Below the pieces are notes generated by a model that did not search any database, had not been told where the DNA came from, and saw only the letters and a program-made list of their open reading frames with translations. A stretch of DNA of 63,847 nt, the filler included, from Octopus bimaculoides (taxonomy: Eukaryota): the NCBI RefSeq assembly GCF_001194135.2. It is 5 parts of 5 records of this genome, joined end to end, with 100 filler letters (N's around TTAATTAATTAA, not from the genome) between each part and the next. Parts side by side here need not be neighbours in the genome. Positions count along the whole stretch, not along the records: positions 1 to 27,557 come from NC_068985.1; 4 more parts are not named here. One strand, 5' to 3'. Position 1 is the first letter of the stretch. Each line of letters begins with the position of its first letter. Position numbers and translations under genes: made by a program. Shown here one piece after another: positions 1-12,214 of this stretch.

Positions 1-240
1 GGCACATAAAAGACACCATTTCGAGCGTGGCCGTTTTCGTGCGGGTGACACGTAAAAGCACCCACTACACTCTCTGAGTGGTTGGCGTTAGGAAGGGCAT
101 CCAGCTGTAGAAACTCTGCCAAATCAGACTGGAGCCTGGTGTTGCCATCCGGTTTCACCAGTCCTCAGTCAAATCGTCCAACCCATGCTAGCATGGAAAG
201 CGGACGTTAAACGATGATGATGATGATGATGATGATGATG
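1..240 (+). mobile_element. RTE-type LINE 3' UTR/tail, young subfamily, (GAT)n end
   Basis: Same 3' module as the RTE ORF2-bearing copy at 38220-39268 (GGTTGGCGTTAGGAAGGGCATCCAGCTGTAGAAAC...CATGGAAAGCGGACGTTAAAC(GAT)n). Confidence 0.8.
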
Positions 241-487
241 TATATGTATATATGTATGTAAATATATATATGTTTATGATGATGATGATGATGATGCATG
301 CGTGTATACATGTGTCTAACTATTCTTCTTTTTATATTTTATGTATATATATTTATGTATTTATGTGGTTATATTTATGCAAGTTTATCTATATGTGTAC
401 ACACACAGGCTTGACTATACACATAACGGTTTTGCCGCATCTTATCTTTTTTATTTTTCTCTACTAGATGCTATTAGGAACTTGGAG

Positions 488-862
488 GCGCAATGGCCCA
501 GTGGTTAGGGCAGCAGACTCACGGTCGTAGGATCGTAGTTTCGATTCCCAGACTGGGCGTTGTGAGTGTTTGTTGAGCGAAAAACCTAAAGCTCCACGAG
601 GCTCCAGCAAGGGGTGTTGGTGAACCCTGCTGTACCCTTTCACCACAACTTTCTCTCACTCTTTCTTCTAGTTTCTGTTGTAACTGTATTTCAAAAGGCC
701 AGCCTTGTCACACCTGTGTCACGCTGAATCTCCCCAAGAACTACGTCAAGGGTACACGTGTCTGTGGAGTGCTCAGCCACTTGGACACTAATTTCCCGAG
801 CAGGCTGTTTCTTTCATCAGATCAACTGGAACCCACGTCATCATAACCAACAGAGTGCCACA
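488..862 (+). mobile_element. tRNA-derived SINE (family B)
   Basis: A-box TGGCCCAGTGG and B-box-like GTTTCGATTCCC head; body and GAGTGCCA 3' end shared with 22113-22437 (+) and 54700-55030 (-). Confidence 0.7.
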
Positions 863-1699
863 ACTATTAAGAATGCTATTTTTTAAAATCTCTCTTTCTC
901 TCTTCTTCCCCCTCCCCACCCACCACTACTTATTCTGATTCGTTTGGTTCTCTTTTCTTTTCCTCTTTCTCTATCCAGCAACAACAAAGTTGTATATTAA
1001 AAACATTTTAGCACATTCGCATGGGGATGTATCCTGTATATATATGTGTGTAGATATCTATGTATACTTTAGTAAATATATTCATTTGTCTGTATATGTA
1101 TGTATGTATCAGCTTTTGTATGTGTTAGCATACATATGTATATATGTTTTTAGTGTGTGCATGTATGAATGGATGCATGTATGCATTTGTATGTGAATGT
1201 CATGTGTCTAAATTATATTTTTATGTTTTAAGATTATCTGTAAGTGAATATTTTATTATAAACAGATTCACATTTTAATTAAACTTTTTTAACATTAATT
1301 AATTTACAGTGGGCATGTATGTTTTACCTTCTAAACTAAAATTTATGTTTGATATAAGGATTTTTTAGATTTTACACAATACAATATTTAATTTTATATC
1401 ACCGTTTCTTAAAAAAAACCCTTCAGTTGAAGCAACCAATGAAAATAAAACCTAATTTAAATGTGTATAAGTCAATGTAAATTGTACAAAATATTTATAC
1501 TTGTAACCTTAATTCTTGTCCCATTCCTAATCACAACTGTTTGACAAACAGGAACATGAAACACTGAGTAGCAAATTTTTGTGATGTTTTTTCAGCTTTA
1601 ATGATAAAGCATATTACTCTACCTCCAGTATTCGAGGACTGATCTTTCCCCCCTTGTTTCACATTTATGTGCTTAATCTGGTCTACACACACACACTTA

Positions 1700-2010
1700 T
1701 ATCATTATCATCATCATTTAACGACTGTTTTCCATGCTGGCATAGGTTGGACAGTTTGACAGGAGCTGACCAGCTGAAGGGCTGTTCAGGCTCCGTGTCT
1801 GTTTTGGCATAGTTTCCATGACTGGATGCCCTTCCAAATGCTCACCACTTTACAGAGTGCACTGGGTGTTTTATGCAACATTGGCATGGGTGCTTTTAAT
1901 GAGGCACCACCACCTACGAGTCCACAAGATTAGGGATTCCCAGCTGAAGAGAGGAGCAAGGGACAAGCCTGTGTGCAATGGCTACAAAGAGCTTTTACTT
2001 AACTTGACAT
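1700..2010 (-). mobile_element. RTE LINE 3' tail, diverged
   Basis: (ATC)n followed by the reverse complement of the shared RTE 3' module. Confidence 0.65.
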
Positions 2011-2230
2011 GTCTATTCAAGCACAGCAAACCACCAAGAGACTTGGTCCCCTATCATCCATTCTGTGAGTCCCAACGTTTGCAGATCCTTTCTCACCATG
2101 TGTTATCATCATCATCATCATCACCGTTATTTAACATCCACCCTGTCATGGGTTAGATGGTTTGACTGAGGCTGATGAGTCAGAGAGCCGCACCAGGTTC
2201 CAGTCTGATTTTGCATGATTTCTACAGCTG

Positions 2231-2850
2231 AGGACAACTGTGTAAAGAAGTGCCAATCGCTAACTGTGGAGGGAACCTGTGGTAGAGGTAGGCCCAGGAA
2301 GACATGACATGAGGTGGCGAAGCATGAGCTCCGAACTTTGGGCCTCACAGAGGCAAGGACTGGTTACCAAGATCTTTGGCGATATGCTGTGCTTGAGAAG
2401 ACCCATCAAGCCAAGTAAAATCGAAGTCGTGGCAGAGACCAATGTTAAATAAATGGCACCCATGCTGGTGGCACGTAAAAGCACCTTTTGAGTGTTGGGC
2501 CTCACAGAGGCAAGGACTAAGACCATTTGGCATTATGTTGGGCTTCAAGTGTTGGGCTTCATGGAGGCAATGACCGAGTCCATTTGGCATTATGTTGTGC
2601 TTGAGAAGAAGACCGATCAAGCCAAATAAAACTGCAGTTATGACAAATACCGGTGTCACACAAATAGTACCCATGCTGGTGGCACATAAAAGCATCCATT
2701 ACACTCTCAGAGTGGTTGGCATTAGGAAAGGCATCCAGCTGTAGAAACCATGCCAAATCAGACTAGAGTCTGGTGCAGCCTTCCAGCCCTGGTCAAACTG
2801 TCCAACCCATGCCAGCATAGACAATAGACATCAAATGATGATGAGGATAA
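2231..2850 (+). mobile_element. RTE LINE 3' end (ORF2 C-terminus plus 3' UTR)
   Basis: EDNCVKKCQSLTVEGTCGRGRPRKT*HEVAKHELRTLGLTEA...DLWRYAVLEK is a typical RTE ORF2 terminus, followed by the 3' module and (GAT)n. Confidence 0.75.
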
Positions 2851-3203
2851 TGATAATACCCTTCTTAATGCCAACCAGGAGTATAATGGGTGCTGTTAGG
2901 TGCCATTTACATACATATATAAAAGCGTAGGCTCGAAAGGTAAAACACTTTCTCACTTCCCGAGCATTAAACTAATACATGTCTGTTGTTTACACACACA
3001 TCTCCATCTTTTGTTGTTTTNNNNNNNNNNNNNNNNNNNNNNNNNNNNNNNNNNNNNNNNNNNNNNNNNNNNNNNNNNNNNNNNNNNNNNNNNNNNNNNN
3101 NNNNNNNNNNNNNNNNNNNNNNNNNNNNNNNNNNNNNNNNNNNNNNNNNNNNNNNNNTATATACATTATATATTATATATTATATATATACACAGATGCA
3201 CAT

Positions 3204-3238
<35 letters not shown>

Positions 3239-3495
3239 TGTGTATATATGTATTACATAGGTATGTATGTATGATATTAATAGCATTGTATGAAATTAAG
3301 TTAACCTGTAAAATGCCCAAAATTTTTAGTCAGAACATGATAGGCAACAAGGGTTGGGCATTTTATTTAATAAATTGAATTCTGTGAAACCTAAACATCT
3401 GTAAAACACAACAGGGATGAGAAAATTTTATAAGCAAACTGCTATTGAAATCATAATGAAACCATTCTGATGATCAATTGCATGATTTTAGTCTC

Positions 3496-4640
3496 TTAAT
3501 CATGACAGCTGTCTGGATGGAATCGACATTTAGAATTGCATAAAACATTTTTCCTGGCACAAAAACCTTTCTTAGTTTGACACATGCACCTAATAATTCT
3601 TTGCCCAGTTTCCTGATACTCTTGTGTTGTAACTGACCTGAATAGGATTTGTTTATTCATCCCGATATCCTCCATTGCCAATAAAGGTTTCTTACACATC
3701 ACACAGCGTTATCTAAGATAAAAGCAATTTTACTTCCCCTTTGTATGATGCCCGTCTAATACAAATTGTCCTGGACATCCATGATGACAACCAAAATATT
3801 ACAAGTGCTTCCATATCCTTTGTTACACAATAGAAATCCAAACTCTGGCATTGAATGAACTTTGTTGTTGCAAACTTATTGGCAAATATTTTCATCATTT
3901 TGATTATTTGCAGTTCAGGATTATTTTTGGCATTTTGTTGGTTAGTTGAGAATATTTCTGTTGTTTTGCACATTGCCTGGTACAAACTTGATAACCTTCC
4001 GTATTCCTGTGAAATGTGTGCAAATACTTTAGTTCCACACAAGGTTAGTAATTAATATGTATGTGTGTGACTGTGTGTGTATATTTTTATGTGTATGTAC
4101 ATCTGCATGTATATATGTGTGTGCATTTGTGTGTATGCATGCGTGAATATGTATGTATATATATGTGTACATGTGAGTGTGTATGTGTATATATGTGTAC
4201 ATGTGTGTGAATGTGCATGTACATTTGTGCATGTATGTGTGGTGCATGTGTGTGTATGTACATGTGTGCACATGTTTGTGTGTGTGTGAGCATGTGTGCA
4301 AATGTATGTGTGTGTGTGTGTGTGTGTGTATGAATGTAGACATATATAAAAAATCAAGCACTTGAGACATTGTTTTACTCCTGCTGAAGAAAGATCTTCT
4401 CCTAATCTTTTCATAATTCTTATTTTTGGAAGCCAGATCTCCAATTTTACTAAAATTCTGTCCAATTCACTCTTTCATCTTGTTCCTAAATATCTTGTAT
4501 TTCTTCTGAAATCTCTCAGAATCTAGTCTATAAGGTTTTTATATTTTCCATCCTCCAGGTGCCTTTCATTTCCTGGTTAAATACAGCCTGACCACATTAC
4601 AATAACTTTATGAACTTTGCAATAACATTTAGTTCTTTTC
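3496..4640 (-). pseudogene. Degenerate KRBA2/SCAND3-like (integrase-type, Ginger-related) transposon C-terminal remnant, split by a TG microsatellite
   Basis: Across frameshifts: NKGYGSTCNILVVIMDVQDNLY*TG ... GQRIIRCMCQTKKGFCARKNVLCNSKC, resembling DRGRGDPRNIL(G/A)VIM..LY.G and the C-terminal Cys cluster LCNSKCH of KRBA2-like proteins. The extension beyond 4050 is weak. Confidence 0.55.
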
Positions 4641-4657
4641 CTTCAGTCAATATCCAT

Positions 4658-4841
4658 TTTGGAGTAAAGATTATTTACCAACATAACATGGCAGTCCTGG
4701 TTTAGGACGAATGTTGCTGTAATTTAGCCCCAGGAGACATCATCTCCAGCTGGAAACAATATCTCCTGGGGCTAAATTACAGCAACATTCATCCAAAACC
4801 AGGACTGCCATGTTATGTTGGCAAACAATCTTTACTCCAAA
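4658..4841. repeat. Long inverted repeat: 80-bp arms (76/80 complementary), 24-nt loop
   Basis: Arms 4658-4737 and 4762-4841 aligned by eye. Confidence 0.9.
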
Positions 4842-6597
4842 GTATTGTTGCTGAATATCTCTCGTTGTGAGATTTACAAATAGTAATTTTCTGATATCCA
4901 TTTTGTTTTACATTTTCTCCATAGTATACCAAGCACATTACATTCAAGAGTGCATACACCTGCTTTTGTCAAGCATCAATGAAATTTTATATTTATGTGT
5001 TTATATTGTCCTAAGTTGGCAAAAGCAACTACAGCAGTTTACCATTTCAAGAGATGTCTTCAAATCTGATATCAGGAAACTTTGTCCCTTCATTTGTTTA
5101 ACATTATTTCCTTTTCTTTTTCAAATTTTCATGTTAACTCAAATCTTTATAATAATAAATAAATGTAGCATCATTAGAAATAGAGAAGTAGTTAGCACGG
5201 TCAAAGGTTGTGATTTTAGAATAGTAAGAAGCAAGGTCCAAACTGACTTGTAAAAGCAAAAGACAGAAACTGTTCCAAAAAAAAAAAAAAATCAATCAAG
5301 ATTGCCAACAGCTAAATTGATCTTTAGCAAACTGACCTTAATAATGCCAGAAACTCAGTGAAATTTAAAATTTAAGATGGTTAAAGTTTATGTTGATTAG
5401 AACATCATTTCGAGTGTCTTTGGCCATGTTCACCATATTCCTAACCACAACTTCTGTTAATTCTCTTCTGCCCTTCTTTTACAATAAAGTCTTTCAGAAT
5501 AAATACAAATTTTTTTTTCCTGCAAGAATATAGATAAAAAAATTAGTGTGTGAGAGGAGTCAATGTTCGCAATAATGTAAAAAAATATTTAGATAAAAAC
5601 AAAAAAGGAAAAAAAAACTGAAAGAAACAAGTATGATTGCATCAATAAGATCAGAGAAATTATTGAATAAGCACTGTTGTGAAAGAGCACAAAGAAAGGC
5701 TGAAGACTGGAAAATATTGGTGAGTAACAATGTAGCAATCACGTAAATTGCCTTTCTGTGAATTGCATCTAATATATCAGTCTCTGAAGGAAATAAAAAC
5801 AGAAAATAAGGGTCATTAGTTTGCTGTAAGAAGTGGAAAATATCAAATGTTTTGATATCAAAGAATAAAGATCTCTCGCCAAAATATTTGATATTTTCTT
5901 CTACTTAAAGTAAAAGTAACATAGCTTAATTTTTGCTTTTACATTATTGACATTTTGTGACACAGACCATCTCTAGTCATTTTAATTATAGTGATTATTT
6001 ATGAAGGAAGTACTCTGTCTTGGTAGCAACAACAATATCAAACGCAAGACATGAATTTCTAAATATAATCGAAAAGACTTACAACAAAATTTTTAAAATA
6101 GTCTTTTACGATGCTAAGGTTACAAGAACTTCTAAATTTCATTTCTTGAAACCAATTATCAATTTTATCATTGTTGTAGCTGGGATTATTGTCATTTCTG
6201 TTGTTATTGTTGCTTCTAAGAAAGGAATCCATCAATTGCACTTTCTTTAACAGGTAAATCCACTTTCTTCTTGTCGACACTCACAAGATTATCCACCATC
6301 TTTCCAACAACAACCTTAGGCACTTTTTTGAATTCCCTATTTCTATTTCTAACACCTGTGGACATGCTTTGAAAACCAGAAAACAATACAGCACCCAGGA
6401 CTTTCAGAAATGCTTTTCCAGGCACACAATTGCTGAAGTATAGAATAAACTACCCACATTAAGACACTACATCCTTTAAAATTTCCATGCTTCCTGAAAT
6501 TTGCCAACAGGACGCCTGGTGTCCACCCTGACCCCCTTTTTTTAAAAGCAGTCATTCACTGTCCACTTCTTGAACATTATTCTATGTCCCGTCATCT

Positions 6598-6757
6598 ATC
6601 TTTACATTCTGAGTTTAAATTCTGCCGAGGTCGACTTTACTTTCCATCCTTTTTGGGGGTCGATAAATTAAGTACAAGTTGTATACTAGGGTCGATCTAA
6701 TCGACTGACCCCCTCCCCCTAAATTTCTGGCCTTGTACCTAGACTTGAAAAGATTAT
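6598..6757 (+). mobile_element. SINE family C (GAGGTCGACTTT...GGGGTCGATAAATTAAGTAC core)
   Basis: Same core at 51940-52220 (two tandem copies, +) and 44035-44230 (-). Confidence 0.6.
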
Positions 6758-7054
6758 TCTATGTCCTGTTCATGCACTTTTGGCTACTTTTTTCTGATGA
6801 GTTGTAGTGCACCTGAGCACTGCATACAATAAGTTCATTCCATCTACACATTTCATACCAAAAGAAGAGTTGCTATTGATGAGGTTTCCATCCTTTTTGT
6901 TGTCTTCTTGATCACATCTGGTCACATGATTATATAATTCCACTTACTGGATTTCTGATTCCTATTGATGCACTCAGCATGAGTTGTTGAGTCATCATCA
7001 TCATCATCACCATCATTTAACATCTATTGTCCATGCTGGCATGAGCGAGTCCAC

Positions 7055-7300
7055 ATCATCATTGTCGTCGTTTAACGTCCGTTTTCCATGCTGGCATGGG
7101 TTGGACGGTTTGACTGGGGTCTGGGAAGCCAGGAGGCTGCACCAGGCCCCAATCTGATCTGGCAGTGTTTCTACAGCTGGATGCCCTTCCTAATGCCAAC
7201 CACTCCGAGAGTGTAGTGGGTGCTTTTTATGTGCCACTGGCACAGGGGCCAGAGGAGGCTGACATCATCCACAATCAGATGGTGCCTTTTATGTGCTACT
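7055..7300 (-). mobile_element. RTE LINE 3' tail
   Basis: Reverse complement of the shared RTE 3' module. Confidence 0.7.
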
Positions 7301-8680
7301 GGGGTAACAACTACAATTTCTATGAGTAGTGTATGTAAAAGTTTCCTAAGGTTATTCAAAGATCAAATATTTCTGAAGAGGGTGCAACAGATGTAAACCA
7401 ACTTCATTTCTTGTGTGGTTTGGGTTGCAATTAATATTTGATTTGCTATTTCTAGCAGGTTGACAACATTTGAAGGGTTTCTCATTGGCTCATGGAAATC
7501 CATGCTGTCTCTTTAGCTTTCTGCTTCCATGGGATGTGACCTTATTCTCTATGGCTCAGTGGCTCAGAATGAGGTGTGCAGAGGAAGGCGTATTGAAAGT
7601 ATGCTATGTTCAAAAAAGAAGGCAACTAATTTGGGTACCACCCAGGGTATCCAACATCCATGCAGTGATGCTGCATCAGCTGGAACCAGAAGCATTACTT
7701 AAGTGTCTTAATAGTTCTGCTCTATCTTAAAACATGGCCTGTTAGGCAAGAGCCAATGTAATCAGCATTGAAGAACACTGAGGCAAGAATTTGTTGTTGT
7801 GTTTTGATGTTATCTTTCTTGTTGCGGTTGCTTTCTGTTTCTGATACAGTATCAATGTTGTTGATGCCATCGAAGCTAATTCTGTAGATCTCGGAGCTGC
7901 TGCTGTTGCTGCTGCTGCATGCTTCAACTGATTCTCATTGACATGTGTGATGGTAGGCTCAGTAGTTTAGTGTCAACAGACATTTGCATTAAAACCGTTT
8001 CTAATCGTTTCCTACAAAACACCGATGTTTTATTGACAGCTTTAATTACTCTGTGATGTTGTTACTTAACATTGGTTAAATCTAATTAATTACACTGCAC
8101 TATCAGGACACTGAAGGATTCTTAAAGACCATTGCAAAATTTTGCTTGTCTTTTTTATAAAATTTTTATCTTAATTACTTTTTCAACCAATTTCATTAAT
8201 TACCTTTATCCTGTTAAGTATTGGATTCCTACAAATAGATTTATTTTATTTGAGAAATCTGTTTATAATTGACATTGATCTTATGACTTATTGGTGTATT
8301 CAAATTGGTTGTTATTCAGTAAATGATCCTAGTTAGAATGATTGCCTTTATTTTTTCACCTTTCTTAAACATAAGTATATAAAAAGAAGAAAAGAATGTA
8401 CTCTGCTAATTGCAATGATAATTTACTGTTTACTTTTGTGAGGAAGGTTGAAGTTACTACAGCATATTATTGCTACCTATTTGTTTTTCACTTCAATCAA
8501 ATGAATAACAAAATAAAGCTTGGAAAAATTATATGTAAAAAAATGACACTGGTTGGAATTGAAATATAAAAATGGGAAGACGATGCTGGAATTTCTGTTT
8601 CAATTAATCCGACATTTCTTTATAAGCTAAGAAACTATTCAAAATATATAACTTTGGCTATTATTCCTGAATGATAGAAT

Positions 8681-8726
<46 letters not shown>

Positions 8727-10479
8727 ATGCATGCACACACACACACACACATTAATACAAGACACACACATTCATGCACACACACACACATTCATACATA
8801 TAAAAACTTACAGACATGTGCGTACATGTATGTATGCATATATGTACTCCTTTGTTCTCTAATTCCTATTATCTGCCAAAATGTTGTGTATTGTAGGTGG
8901 TGTGGGTGGGTGTTATTCATTGTAAACTGTAAGAAATAATGACAATTATAAGATATTTAAGGAAGAATCTCCACACATGTGTACACAGTGCCATATACAA
9001 TATTTAAATTTACAAAACCTTTCCAACTCATGAAACTAACATGATAAATAATAGTATCAAAATTCTATTCTAATAAATGCATATTTAAAAATAAAATGAT
9101 ATTTGCAAAATAGGAACTTTGAACAGGACTATAAATATAACAGTGTGTATCTTAGACATTGGAATTTTGTGCCTGTAATAATATTCACTGGCTTATAGTG
9201 TTTTGCTGGAACTGTTAAAGTAAAGTTGTTAGCATTGCAACATTGCCATTTATTATCTTGAATATACAATTAGAAACTCAGAGAAGAAGCAATTCCATAG
9301 AAACTGTTTCAGAAAATATCCTAGAGACAAACTGCCAGTATGAATCCTCAAGATTAAACTTCTGCTAATATTAAGAATAGCAAACCTCAATTGTAGTTCA
9401 CAATTTTCTGCAGTTTGTAGTTTTTTGGGGGGTTTTTTTCGACTTTTGTTTTGCATATAAATTTAACTTCACACTTTAACATTGAAGCATTCATTACGCT
9501 AATGGTGTTAGATGTGTTGACGTATTGCTATAAAAAAAACAATCGAATGATGAAACTGAGAATCCAATGTGAACTCATGTGTGATTTGGCAGGGTTTCCT
9601 GTCAACAAGGCTAATTTGAACAAATAGCACCGTCTATATTAACACACATAGATCTAGAGAATTTGAATGCTGAAATCAAATTCTCAAAAGAGAAAAATAG
9701 AAAAGAAGACACAAAAATGATAATTTTGATTCTTCTCTGGCATTTCCTTTAAATAGCAAAAATAGATTCAGTTAAATTAACGTCAGTGCATGAGCTGAAA
9801 TTGAACCTAGCATCGTCACAGTTAATAATAATGTCTTCACATAAGAAATATGTTAGAAGTGTAAACTTCTCGGAAACTAATTGGAAAATACTTTCTCTGT
9901 AATAAGCCAGATTCCTGTCATAAATATAAATGACTGTTTTAAGAGTGTATAAAACTCAATTAAATCCATTTCCAAGACACTAGCTGGATAATAATTTCAA
10001 GTAAAGTGGCTAACACCGAGCATTTCATAGTGATTTACGTTATGAAGATATTACTAAGTGCTATCAGCTTTATTGTTAAGCTTAAATGAAATTTATATAC
10101 AACAAAGTTTTCTAATTAGGAAGTTGTTACCATTCTCAGTTAATGTATCAGAGCTGTTTGAAATTAACATACTGAACAGATTTCTGTTTTTCTTTTCAGT
10201 TCCTCTGGAGTTTTCTGTAATCATTTTTCCTTTTCATTCCTATTTATTTATTTATTTGTTGTGTTCTTTGTGCTCATTAATATATGAATTTATCGCTAGA
10301 ATGAGATATGAAAGAATGCTTTCAAATAGATTTACAAAGAACAGAGTCTGTTGAATAAAGTTACTAATTGCAATAAAATATTTTTGCTAAAATTATTGGT
10401 GTACAAGTTTCACGGTTCAAGTGTAAGTTGAGTTAGGAAGTGACGAGGAATGAAAGGAAGTGGTTAATGTATGTAGAAG

Positions 10480-10502
10480 AGGGGAGAAGATAGAGAGGAA
10501 GG

Positions 10503-10545
<43 letters not shown>

Positions 10546-11560
10546 GGATTGAGGTGACAGAAGAAAAGACAAAGGAGTAAATAGAGAGAGAGGGGGGAGG
10601 AAGATAGATAGATAGAGAGAGAGAGAGAGACAGAAGAGGGGAGAAGATAGAGAGGTAGGTAGATAGATAAATAAAGAGAGAGAGAGAGGGAATGGTATTG
10701 AGGTGACAGATGGAAGAAAAGACAAACGAGTAAATAGAGAGAGAGAGGGGGAAGATAGAGAGAAAGGGGAGGGGAGAAGATAGATTGATAGAGAAAGAGA
10801 GAGTGTGAGAGAGAGAGAGAGAATGGGATTGAGTTGATAAATGGAAGGAAAGACAGAAGCAAATAGAGAAAGAGAGAAAGGGAAGATAGATAGATAAATA
10901 GAGAGAGGAAGAGTAAGAGAGAGAGAGAGAGAGAAAGGGGAAAATTGAGAGAGAAAAGGGAAAAAGTGAGAGAGAAAAGGAAGAAAAAGAGAGAGGGAGA
11001 GGGAATAGGACTGAGTTGACTGATGGAAAAGAAGACAAAGGAGTAAATAGAGAGAGAGAGAGAGAGGGGAAGACAGAGAGAGAGGGGAAGACAGAGAGAG
11101 AGAGAGAGAGAAATATATACAGAGAACAAAGGTGGAAGACAAAGAGAGAGAAAGAGAGAAAGAGACAGATTGAGAAGAGAAGGGGAGAAGATAGATAGAG
11201 AGAGAAAGAGAAAGTGTGAGAGAGAGTGAGAAACATATACAGAGAACAAAGGTGGAAGACACAGAGAGAGAGAGAGAGAAAGGGGAAAAGAGAGAGAGAG
11301 AGAGAAAAGGGGAAAGAGAGAACGAGAATAAGAAATTGACAGCTCGAAGGAAAATGTGACAGGGACAGGAAGGCCGGAGAGACAGAGAGATATAGAGAGG
11401 AAAAAAGAGAGAGTGAGAGAGATAAAGAGAATGGGATTGAGTTGACAGACAGAAGAAAAGACCAAAGAGTAAAGAGAGAGAGAGAGAGAGAGGGGGAGAG
11501 ACAGAGACACAGGGAGAGACAGAGAGAGAGAGAGAGATGAAGTGAGAGAGGGCAAGAGAG
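10480..11560 (+). repeat. ~1.1-kb polypurine (GA)n compound repeat with higher-order units
   Basis: The + strand is almost purely purine. GAATGGGATTGAG(G/T)TGACAGA.GGAAGAAAAGACAAA recurs near 10540, 10690, 10820, 11005 and 11430. Confidence 0.9.
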
Positions 11561-11802
11561 ATGACTGTCTAGATCTGGTTATTCAAAGTAAACTAGTTAT
11601 TCCAGCCACTGACATAACCGTGTGGTAAGAAATCAACTTGCGAATGACTTGAATGAGAGTTCACTCCCACAGCAGAGAATCAAAAGGAGGAGTCATCTAC
11701 GGCAGCCACAGATTTATTAATATTTTTGGATGTGGAATTTAGTTGACTGTAACTATGAGCAGACACCCACTATAGCAATATACACACATACATAAACAGA
11801 CT

Positions 11803-11841
<39 letters not shown>

Positions 11842-11889
11842 ATATATATATGAAGGCAGTTGTTTGCAATATTATCCCAAGGAAAATTA

Positions 11890-12073
11890 AACTAAACTTG
11901 TCTAAGGATGTGAATAACACTTGCATTGCTAGAAATAGGAGCTAAAGTGCTCCAATGTTGTTACAAAGCACATAACATATACTCTGATAGGGGTTACAAT
12001 GGCCCCGAGCACCGAACCCTTAAACTGAACAGAGCAGCGTAGGTGTTATTCACACGGTTAGTCAAGTTTAGTT
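11890..12073. mobile_element. Foldback fragment of the hammerhead-associated repeat family
   Basis: 31-bp inverted ends (27/31; 11890-11920 and 12043-12073). Interior TTGCTAGAAATAGGAGCTAAAGTGCTC...CATATACTCTGATAGGG is related to 48710-48810 and 61285-61345. Confidence 0.6.
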
Positions 12074-12152
12074 GATGACAACTATAATTATATATATATG
12101 TGTGTGTGTTTGTGTGTATGTGTATCTGTGTGTGTGTATGTGTGTGTGTATA

Positions 12153-12208
<56 letters not shown>

Positions 12209-12214
12209 TATATG

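Noticed and set aside
6285-6432. Possible minus-strand exon (acceptor TTTATTCTATACTTCAG, donor GTGAGT; NCVPGKAFLKVLGAV...KMVDNL)
   Set aside because: Peptide not recognised and no partner exons found; chance splice-like motifs are common in AT-rich DNA. RNA-seq mapping would settle it.
7742-7930. Protein-like minus-strand frames with a CAG repeat (SSSNSSSSEIYRISFDG...; MQQQQQQQLRDLQN)
   Set aside because: Short, unrecognised, and lacking a convincing acceptor/donor pair.
10417-11555. Long Ser/Leu-rich ORFs (267-363 aa) on the minus strand
   Set aside because: Translations of the (CT)n strand of the polypurine repeat; open in all three frames, no domain content.
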